Positions 8,568-15,687 of a DNA stretch of 20,131 nt are shown in pieces (position 1 is the stretch's first letter; every line of letters begins with the position of its first letter). Location: the NCBI GenBank assembly GCA_036338695.1, contig JAYZBQ010000010.1, forward strand, positions 1 to 20,131, given 5' to 3'. Below the pieces are notes generated by a model that ran no database searches, was not told the origin of the DNA, and was given only the letters and a program-made list of their open reading frames with translations. The position numbers and the translations under genes are program-made. This DNA comes from Myxococcota bacterium (lineage in GTDB: Bacteria > Myxococcota > UBA4151).

Positions 8568-9479
8568 ATGAGCGAGCCCCTGACGCGACCGCTCGCTCCT
8601 CTCGAGACGAAACGCCTGCTGCTCAAACATCTTGCGGTGATCTCTACCGAACTGCGCCAAGAGGACAACGACGAGCCCTTATTCCACGGCTGCTGGGATT
8701 GGCACTCGGCGGTGCACGGACACCTCGCCATGCTCCAAGGCAGCCGGGCGATGGGCTGGCGTGCGCAGACCGATTGGATGCTTGAGCGGCTCATCAGCGC
8801 TGAACTGAGCCACGTCTTTGCGCGGCTCGACGACGCGCTGCAGTTTGAGCTCCCCTACGGCCGCGCTTGGTTCCTGCGCCTGCTCAGTGCGCTCGAGCCG
8901 GGGCAGCTACCTGCGGCCGTCGTGCGCCAGACCGACTCGCTCGCCGCGGAGCTGTTGGGCTGGCTCGAGCCGCAGCATCTGGCGCGTGGCGGCCGTGAAT
9001 ACCAAGAGCCATGCTTCGTGCTCGGGGCGTTGCTCAGCTGGTGGCGGGCGACGAGTGAAGATGAGTTGATCGAGCGCTGGCGCGAGCGGATCCGAGCCGA
9101 GGTACTACCTCACCCTGCAGCGCTCGCAGCCGATGCTGATCAGCCCGGGTATTTCTTTTCGCGCTGGAGCCTTCAGGCGCAAGTCATCCAGGCGGCGCTT
9201 GGCGACCAAGCGCTGCGCGCCTGGATCGCAGACCACCAGATGGCGCCTGAGCCGCCGGTGACCACGACCCACTCGGTGCATCACCTAGGCATCCACGCAG
9301 CCCGCGCCGTGGGCTATTGGGCTGCCTTTCGAGCGACGGGCGACAATCGCTGGCGCCAGCAAGCCAGCGCCCACATCGGCGCAGCCGACGCCCTGCACAC
9401 ACAGTGGCAGGGCGACCGGCACGCCTACAGTCATTGGCTACCGCAGTTCACGGTATTCGCCGTGCTCGGGAGTTACTGA
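8568..9479 (+). CDS. DUF2891 family protein
   Basis: FHGCWDWHSAVHGH, FELPYGRAWFLRL, HHLGIHAARA and C-terminal HAYSHWLPQF resemble the DUF2891 motifs as I recall them. Confidence 0.8.
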   Translation: MSEPLTRPLAPLETKRLLLKHLAVISTELRQEDNDEPLFHGCWDWHSAVHGHLAMLQGSRAMGWRAQTDWMLERLISAELSHVFARLDDALQFELPYGRAWFLRLLSALEPGQLPAAVVRQTDSLAAELLGWLEPQHLARGGREYQEPCFVLGALLSWWRATSEDELIERWRERIRAEVLPHPAALAADADQPGYFFSRWSLQAQVIQAALGDQALRAWIADHQMAPEPPVTTTHSVHHLGIHAARAVGYWAAFRATGDNRWRQQASAHIGAADALHTQWQGDRHAYSHWLPQFTVFAVLGSY

Positions 9480-9498
9480 ACACGGCGAAGTCCCTCGT

Positions 9499-10053
9499 CT
9501 ACTCGACGATGAACTTGCCCTTCATCACCGCATAGTGACCGGGGAACGAGCAGATGAAGTCATAGCTGCCCGCCGCCGGCGCCTTGAACACCACCGTATC
9601 GGACTCACCGCCGCCGAGCAGCTTGGTGGCAGCGATCACCGAGGCTTTCTGTGCGCTCGGGACGTAGTCCTCGTTCTTGGCGGTCATCGCAGCCGCTGCG
9701 AACTTGTTGACGTCGGTACCCGCCGCCAGGATGACGATGTTATGCCCCATCGCTGCCTTGGCGATCTTGCCCGTGTGGTTGAGCGTCAACGCCACCGTGC
9801 TGCCGGCTGGGACCTTCACCTCTTTGAGGTTGAACTGCATGGCGTCATTCCCCTCGATCACCACCTTCACGGCGTCCGCAGGGATCTCCACGGCCGGGGC
9901 AGCAGCCTTGGGCGCAGGCTTTGCTGCCGGCTTCGCCGCCGGCGCCGACGCCTTCTTCTCTTCAACGGGCGCTTTGTCTTGCTGTGCGCTGGTGTTTGAA
10001 CACGCCGTCAAAGCACCCAAGGCAAAGATCATCGAAACCTTCTTCATCATCAC
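9499..10053 (-). CDS. azu: Azurin (type 1 blue copper protein), lipoprotein form
   Basis: IEGNDAMQFN, MGHNIV and CSFPGHYAVM give the His/Cys/His/Met ligands. Lipobox LTAC and an Ala/Pro/Lys linker. Start is one of 10053 (GTG), 10050 or 10047. Confidence 0.95.
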   Translation of the reverse strand: MMMKKVSMIFALGALTACSNTSAQQDKAPVEEKKASAPAAKPAAKPAPKAAAPAVEIPADAVKVVIEGNDAMQFNLKEVKVPAGSTVALTLNHTGKIAKAAMGHNIVILAAGTDVNKFAAAAMTAKNEDYVPSAQKASVIAATKLLGGGESDTVVFKAPAAGSYDFICSFPGHYAVMKGKFIVE

Positions 10054-10086
10054 GCTATCCTCTCACCAACCGGTGATTGTTGTGGT

Positions 10087-10113
10087 GAGCCAACCCGTAC
10101 TTAGGGGTGGCTC
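10087..10113 (-). other. Stem-loop between the diflavin reductase stop and azurin
   Basis: GAGCCA-A-CCC...GGG-G-TGGCTC inverted repeat 6 nt past the stop. No U-tract follows, so it is not a classic intrinsic terminator. Confidence 0.35.
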
Positions 10114-10119
10114 GTGTGG

Positions 10120-11748
10120 TTAGTACACGTCCGTTTTGTAGCGACCTTGCTCAGTCAACGACGCCACATAAGCCGCCCCGTCTGCCTGACCCCCGTGGGT
10201 CTGCGCGATCTCGGCGAAGGCTGCCGCCACCCCCGGCGCCATGCCCTGTGCGTCACCGCAGACGAACACGACGGCGTCACGCTCAAGCCACGACCAGATC
10301 GCCTCTCCCTGCTCTCGAAGGCGGTCCTGAACATAGATCTTATGGTCTTGGTCCCGGGACCACGCGTAGTCTGCGCGCGACAACACCCCGCCCTGCGCCC
10401 AGCGCTCGAAGTCGTCCTCATACAGCGAATCGAAGCGCTGATGCTGGTGCCCAAAGAACAGCCACGTCGGCTTGCGCTGCCCCGTCGCTTCCAGCTCCTC
10501 GAGGTAGCCTCGAAACGGGGCGACACCTGTGCCCGGCCCGATCATGATCACCGGTCGGTCGTCGTCGGGGAAGTGAAAGCTCTGGTTCTTGACCGGGTAG
10601 ACCCCAACGGTCTCGCCTTCTGTAACGCGATCGGCGAGCCAGCAGCTCGCGACCCCGTGGACTGTGCGCCCGTTGCGCTCATACCGTAAGGTCTCGATCG
10701 TGAAACCTACCTGCTCTGGCGTACGCGTCGGAGACGTCGCCACCGAGTACAGACGCGGCTGCAGCTTGCGCAAGGTCTTGAGTAGCGCCGTCGCTTCGAG
10801 GCCGGAGCACGCGTTGCCCGTCAGGGCGTCGACCACGTGGCTCGTCTCGATGTAGCGCGTCACGGCTTCATCGCCAGCGGCGGCAGCCTTCGCTGCAGCG
10901 CCTGCTGGGTCGTGCGCCGCAAGCAGCTGGACGAGCGCGAGGGTCACCTGCTGCAAGCACGCCCACTCCAGCGCCTGCCGCAGCGAGCACGCCTCGCCTT
11001 GCCAGGTGACCTCCTGGTCGCCGCCAACGCCCAGCGCTGCGATCAACGCCTCCACGTCGACGCCCCGGTTCGTGGGGTGCACCCCAAAACAGTCACCGAC
11101 ACAAAACGTCAGGCCTGAGTCGGTCAGGTCAAAAGTGTAGTGCATCGTCTCTTTGTTCGACCCGGGCTTGGACAAGAGGCGCTTCTCGATCACCTTGGCA
11201 GGGAAGGGCCGCTCGCGCGACCAGCCTTTAGCCGGGTGCGTCTCGTCGTTGGCTGCAGCGACCGGCTCGTCGTTCGCCGGCGTGTTATCGAGCGCGCCCT
11301 TGTGGGTCGTTAGATACGCCACAGCGGTGTCTGCGAACGCCTCAAACTCAGGCTCGAAGTGGGCATCGCAGTCCACACGGTCAAACATGGGCTTGGCTTT
11401 GCAGCGCAAGAACGCCGCCTCGAAGTCTTTGCCGCACTGAGCGAAGTGAGAGAACGAGGTGTCACCCAACCCGCAGACCGCAAAGCGCAAATGCGCCAGG
11501 TCGAGGTCCTCGTTCTGCAGGTGCTCGAGCAGCTCTTCGGCGTTGCTTGGCGCATCCCCGTTGCCGTAGGTGCTCGTGATCACGATGACCATCGCCTGGT
11601 TGCCTAGGTCCTGCGGGTCGAAGTCCTCCATGTCCGTCGACTTCGCCGCGAACCCTTCGTCGCGCAGCCGATCCGCCAGGAGATCTGCGCAGTATTCGGC
11701 GTTACCGGTCTCGGTACCGTACAGGATCGGAATCTGCTGCGTCATCAT
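10120..11748 (-). CDS. Diflavin (FMN/FAD) NADPH oxidoreductase, CysJ-like sulfite reductase flavoprotein family
   Basis: Flavodoxin motifs YGTETGNAE, TSTYGNGDAP and GLGDTSF; FAD motifs RLYSVATS and GVASCWL; NADPH motifs MIGPGTGVAPFRGYL, WLFFG and VCGDA; C-terminal RYKTDVY. GGGGAGG precedes ATG ATG (11748/11745). Confidence 0.93.
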   Translation of the reverse strand: MMTQQIPILYGTETGNAEYCADLLADRLRDEGFAAKSTDMEDFDPQDLGNQAMVIVITSTYGNGDAPSNAEELLEHLQNEDLDLAHLRFAVCGLGDTSFSHFAQCGKDFEAAFLRCKAKPMFDRVDCDAHFEPEFEAFADTAVAYLTTHKGALDNTPANDEPVAAANDETHPAKGWSRERPFPAKVIEKRLLSKPGSNKETMHYTFDLTDSGLTFCVGDCFGVHPTNRGVDVEALIAALGVGGDQEVTWQGEACSLRQALEWACLQQVTLALVQLLAAHDPAGAAAKAAAAGDEAVTRYIETSHVVDALTGNACSGLEATALLKTLRKLQPRLYSVATSPTRTPEQVGFTIETLRYERNGRTVHGVASCWLADRVTEGETVGVYPVKNQSFHFPDDDRPVIMIGPGTGVAPFRGYLEELEATGQRKPTWLFFGHQHQRFDSLYEDDFERWAQGGVLSRADYAWSRDQDHKIYVQDRLREQGEAIWSWLERDAVVFVCGDAQGMAPGVAAAFAEIAQTHGGQADGAAYVASLTEQGRYKTDVY

Positions 11749-11940
11749 CGCCTCCCCGGGGCTCGTTCTGGCATCGTGTTGCGCGAACGAGACCAGAAAG
11801 ACAATCCCGTTGAGCGCTGACCGCTCGTAGCGGGCACTGCTCGTTGCGCACGGTGGCACCAACTCACCAATGATCGTTTTATTTCAGCGGATCAACCAAA
11901 AACGCACAAATCGACCACGCAGCATCAAGCGGCGGTCACC

Positions 11941-12669
11941 TCAGAAGACGACGCCCACCCCTGCGCGTGCCCAGGTCCCAGCGGCAAACCGCTCACTCGT
12001 CACGGTGCGCATCACCGTCGCTTGGGCATGCACTAAATCAGTGAACTTCCAGTAGGCGACGCCGCCCGCGCGCAGCTCGTAGCCCCCGCTGCGGCGCGCC
12101 TTACCGTCGATCCGCACCCGACCGATCCCGAAGGTCTCGCCGAAGTAGACCTTACGCCCGTAGCTCGCGGTGAGGTGCCCCTCAAGGTCGCCGCCCTCGA
12201 CCGCGTGCACCGCCGAGCCCACGTCGACAGCGTCGCGGTAGGTCTCGTGAGCGTAGCTTGCGCTGAGTCCAGCGAGCTCGTCGCTGTGCCCCAGATCCGT
12301 CGTCTCGAGCGGCAAGAAGACATGCGGCGTGAGCGACCACGAGCCGCTCAAGCCGTCATGGTTGAAGTACTTCTTGAGCGGAAGCGCCAGCACCGGAGTC
12401 CCCAAGCCGCGCTCAGCCTCGGTGGCGCCCGTTCGGCGACCGTGCACGATAAACGGGATCTTGTAGGTCACCCGGATCCAGCGCGCCCAGGTGTAGACGC
12501 CCTCGATGTGGAGCAGCTGACTTCGCTCATCTTCGGTGTCCTCGAGCTCGTATTGAGTCTGCACCCCCCAGCCGTTCGCCCAGCGAGGCATCATCCCAAA
12601 CACGGGCTGCTCTGCGTGACCAGCAACGGGCACCAGACAAAGGCAAGCTATCACGGCGAGGCGAAACAT
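11941..12669 (-). CDS. Exported protein, putative outer-membrane beta-barrel
   Basis: AAGGAGG RBS; signal peptide ending AGHA; alternating amphipathic strands; C-terminal WARAGVGVVF ending in Phe (beta-signal-like). Confidence 0.7.
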   Translation of the reverse strand: MFRLAVIACLCLVPVAGHAEQPVFGMMPRWANGWGVQTQYELEDTEDERSQLLHIEGVYTWARWIRVTYKIPFIVHGRRTGATEAERGLGTPVLALPLKKYFNHDGLSGSWSLTPHVFLPLETTDLGHSDELAGLSASYAHETYRDAVDVGSAVHAVEGGDLEGHLTASYGRKVYFGETFGIGRVRIDGKARRSGGYELRAGGVAYWKFTDLVHAQATVMRTVTSERFAAGTWARAGVGVVF

Positions 12670-12723
12670 GCAGACGGCCTCCTTGAGAACTCTCTGCCGC
12701 TTTCAAAGACTGGCTGCTGCCAT

Positions 12724-13488
12724 TTATTCCAATAGTTTGGGAGGACGCCCCTCCAGCCCTACCAGACACTCTTTTGATTGCGGAGCCATGGTGACATCAA
12801 CACCACCGATCATGCGCACGACGCGCCGAGAGGCTCCGTGCCAAAAGCCCACATCACTCGGTGCATCGTCCGGAAGCGCAAAGGTACCAAACAGCATATC
12901 GATCACCGGAAAATCGGAATAGTTGAGGACATGAGCGCCACGAGCATGGTGCAGCATGTGATTTTCCGGCCGCGCCACCCAGTACCCAAGCCACCTAGGT
13001 GTCCTTAAATTCGAATGCTGCAGATGCCCGACAAGCAACAACACGATCGACACGAGAAAGGCGGCTCCACTCGTCGTTCCCATCACACCCACCGAGACAA
13101 GAACAGACGAGGCGGTGTATAGGACTTGCTCAAACGGGTGGGCCCGCCAAGTCGACCACACGTCAATCCGTTCTGAGCTGTGGTGTAGCTGGTGCAGCCT
13201 CCACAAGACGGGGTGCGCATGGAGCGCTCGGTGAAAACCATAGGTCAACAACTCATAGACAAAAAGCGCAGGTAGGGCCGCCCATAGACCGAGGAAATGC
13301 AGATCGATCAGGGTGTGATGGGCGACCAAATCATGCAGCTCGACCGACGCATAATGACCGACCGCTAAATTGGCACCAAGCCAAAAGAGACCGCGTAGCA
13401 CCCACCAAGGCTCTTTCGGCCACGAATACCCACTGACCAAGCGCTCGAGGACAGCAAAGGCGAAGAAAACACCTATGGCATACAGCAT
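12724..13488 (-). CDS. Sterol desaturase / fatty acid hydroxylase superfamily di-iron membrane enzyme
   Basis: His boxes HRALH, HQLHHS, RAHPFE, LQHSN and HMLHH, plus NYSDFPVIDMLFGTF. Start is ATG 13488 or GTG 13509. Confidence 0.92.
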   Translation of the reverse strand: MLYAIGVFFAFAVLERLVSGYSWPKEPWWVLRGLFWLGANLAVGHYASVELHDLVAHHTLIDLHFLGLWAALPALFVYELLTYGFHRALHAHPVLWRLHQLHHSSERIDVWSTWRAHPFEQVLYTASSVLVSVGVMGTTSGAAFLVSIVLLLVGHLQHSNLRTPRWLGYWVARPENHMLHHARGAHVLNYSDFPVIDMLFGTFALPDDAPSDVGFWHGASRRVVRMIGGVDVTMAPQSKECLVGLEGRPPKLLE

Positions 13489-13568
13489 AGAGCAGGACTT
13501 CCAAACCACGCGCCCCGACCATAACCTAAAAAGATCGTCGTTTCGAATCCATCGAGCGGCTCAGGTCG

Positions 13569-14654
13569 CTACTCGACACCAGCCTTTGACCCAATCGATC
13601 CAAGCATCTTGTAGATGGGAAAGAACCGAGGCGTTGCAGTCGCCAATGCCTCCCCTGCGATCACCACGCTTTGATCTGTTTGCTCAAAGGTCACATCAGC
13701 GCCTGACCAAGGCAGCCCGAGACGCTCAAAGATCTGACCTGAAAGATGAACATAGGCACCCAGAGGTGGATCATCAGCGCAACGCTCAGTGGCGCCGAGC
13801 GCCTCTTGCCAAACGGGCGTCAGCCCACGCTGACACCATGAACCATCGGGCCGCTCAAAGACCCAGACCGGTTGCATGCTTGAGGTGCTTCGAACAGCTA
13901 AGTGGACCTTTTCTTTATCGATAGGCGCAGAGGATAAGGTACCTCGTGCAGACGCCTTTCCTTCGAGTTTCAGCGCCAGACCCTCAAAGCTCAACGTAAG
14001 ACTGAGCGAGTCAATCAGCGCAGCTTGAGTCGCACCCTGATAGCTGAATCGAACCCCCTTAGAGGTCGGCTCTTTCGCCGGCTTGATCTGATCGAGAACG
14101 TGCTGCGCTACGTCTTTGGACGAGCCGACAACAACGGCGAGCTGTCCACGAGCCGACCTCCACACCAACGTCTGCCCGATCAGAGCGCCGCGGCGGATCG
14201 TTGCGACCTGACCCTCGCCGGAATCCACGTCTAAGAGCTTGCCTAAGTTGGCAGACGCAATGGCGCTATTTTTCGTGCTGACAACGATGAATCGAACGCC
14301 TTCATTATTGCCTGTGGTTCGATAGCCCAGCTCGACCGGATAACGAGTATCGAGCAACAGGTCACTTGCCAGCGACTTCACGATCGAGTTGGCGATCAAG
14401 TACCCTGGACTAGGGAGGATTTCTAACCAGCGTGCTGGGAGCTCGAGCGACCCATCGGTCCACTCAAGCCTGCGGAAGATATCCGCCGGTCGATCCAGTT
14501 TGACCGTCACCCCTGGCCCTGGCGCAAGCGACCAGCGCTCGCGCTCAGGGCTGCTTCGGCGGTTGAGGTCTTGCAGAGCGAATCCAAAGATCAACAATCC
14601 ACCCAAGAACAGGGCTAACTTAAGTATGACGCGTTGACGGTCAGCCTGAGGCAT
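13569..14654 (-). CDS. Hypothetical protein with a single N-terminal transmembrane/signal segment
   Basis: 361-aa ORF overlapping the upstream gene by 14 nt. Hydrophobic LKLALFLGGLLIFGFAL; no family recognised. Confidence 0.7.
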   Translation of the reverse strand: MPQADRQRVILKLALFLGGLLIFGFALQDLNRRSSPERERWSLAPGPGVTVKLDRPADIFRRLEWTDGSLELPARWLEILPSPGYLIANSIVKSLASDLLLDTRYPVELGYRTTGNNEGVRFIVVSTKNSAIASANLGKLLDVDSGEGQVATIRRGALIGQTLVWRSARGQLAVVVGSSKDVAQHVLDQIKPAKEPTSKGVRFSYQGATQAALIDSLSLTLSFEGLALKLEGKASARGTLSSAPIDKEKVHLAVRSTSSMQPVWVFERPDGSWCQRGLTPVWQEALGATERCADDPPLGAYVHLSGQIFERLGLPWSGADVTFEQTDQSVVIAGEALATATPRFFPIYKMLGSIGSKAGVE

Positions 14655-15471
14655 TACCCCCTTTGGCTCGATGGAACGTGTTCGTCAAAATGCGGCGTAC
14701 AAAATCGATTGCCATCAAGAACCAGTTGTACACGATCTTGAGCAGATCAAAGCCAAAGTAGCCGGCGAACAGGACGGCGAAACCAGCGACGAGGCTCGCA
14801 ACCATCATCACGAGGCCGAACAAACGCGGCGCAATGGAGCTGTCGCCTCCGCCACCGGACATGAAGCTCGATTGGGCGTTCACCACGCTGTACATCGCGT
14901 ACTGAACAGCGTCGGACTCGCCCATGACGAACTGAACAAAGCCGGTGACGAGCAGATTAAACGCCACCAGAACCGCGCCGACCTCAATCGACATGCGCAG
15001 GAGGGTGCCGGTGGTTGCGATCACCGCCTCGATGGTCGTCGCGCCGTCTGCGATCTGAATCTGCTTACTGCGTCGGTTGACGATCATCACCGACAGCACC
15101 AAGGGGATGAAGCCGAGCAGCACCACGAGCCCGCCTAAGATTTTCGTCCCCCCCTCTGCGCGCTCACCACCAAAGGCTTTGACCACCGCAGCCAGCAGCA
15201 CGACGGCGCCGAGCGCGAGCGCCAAGTTGGCCACCAGCCGGATCATCGTGACGATGCCGCGAACGAACAGCTGGCGCGTGTCGATCTCCTCGAGCGTCTC
15301 GCTCACGAAGGGCAGCTTGCCCATCAGCTCGTCCAGCTTGTCCTTGTCGTCGTCCGCGTCATCGGACTTAGGCCCTGCTGCATCCTTCGGGCTGCCACTC
15401 GCGGCGACGGGCGGCTCGTCATGGCTGACCGGCGGCTCGTCATGGATAATGGGTGGTTCTTCATGGTTCAT
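14641..15471 (-). CDS. Hypothetical membrane protein, about 4 TM helices, acidic Pro-rich N-terminus
   Basis: 276-aa ORF with GGAGAGG upstream of the ATG and four long hydrophobic segments. Confidence 0.8.
   Translation of the reverse strand: MNHEEPPIIHDEPPVSHDEPPVAASGSPKDAAGPKSDDADDDKDKLDELMGKLPFVSETLEEIDTRQLFVRGIVTMIRLVANLALALGAVVLLAAVVKAFGGERAEGGTKILGGLVVLLGFIPLVLSVMIVNRRSKQIQIADGATTIEAVIATTGTLLRMSIEVGAVLVAFNLLVTGFVQFVMGESDAVQYAMYSVVNAQSSFMSGGGGDSSIAPRLFGLVMMVASLVAGFAVLFAGYFGFDLLKIVYNWFLMAIDFVRRILTNTFHRAKGGNASG
15409..15471 (-). repeat. Three imperfect 21-bp repeats encoding H[DE]EPP[IV]x
   Basis: MNHEEPPIIHDEPPVSHDEPPVA; GGCGGCTCGTCATGG recurs at 21-nt spacing on the + strand. Confidence 0.85.
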
Positions 15472-15687
15472 CGTGTGTTCCTCTCCGTTGCGACCATTTT
15501 GGCAACAGACCTTTGCGCTAACCGCACCAGTCTAAAGACGTCTAGCCTCTCTCCCTACTCTCTGTAGTAAAGTTGGTGCGATGATATAAAGAGGGGCTTG
15601 ACGGGGCCATGGTCCTGCGACGTGAATTTTGGCACCCTACAGTCTCGGCGCCTACCACCCACACGGCGTCGCACGGGAGGTCCCAGG

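Noticed and set aside
10120..11748. Assigning the symbol cysJ or a sulfate assimilation operon
   Set aside because: Family membership is clear, but no cysI, cysH or cysD/N is present in the window, so the specific role is unproven.
11769..11782. Sigma54-like TGGCA...TTGC motif (also near 15500 and 15630)
   Set aside because: GG-to-GC spacing is not 10 nt or the -12 element is missing, and the first one faces no downstream gene.
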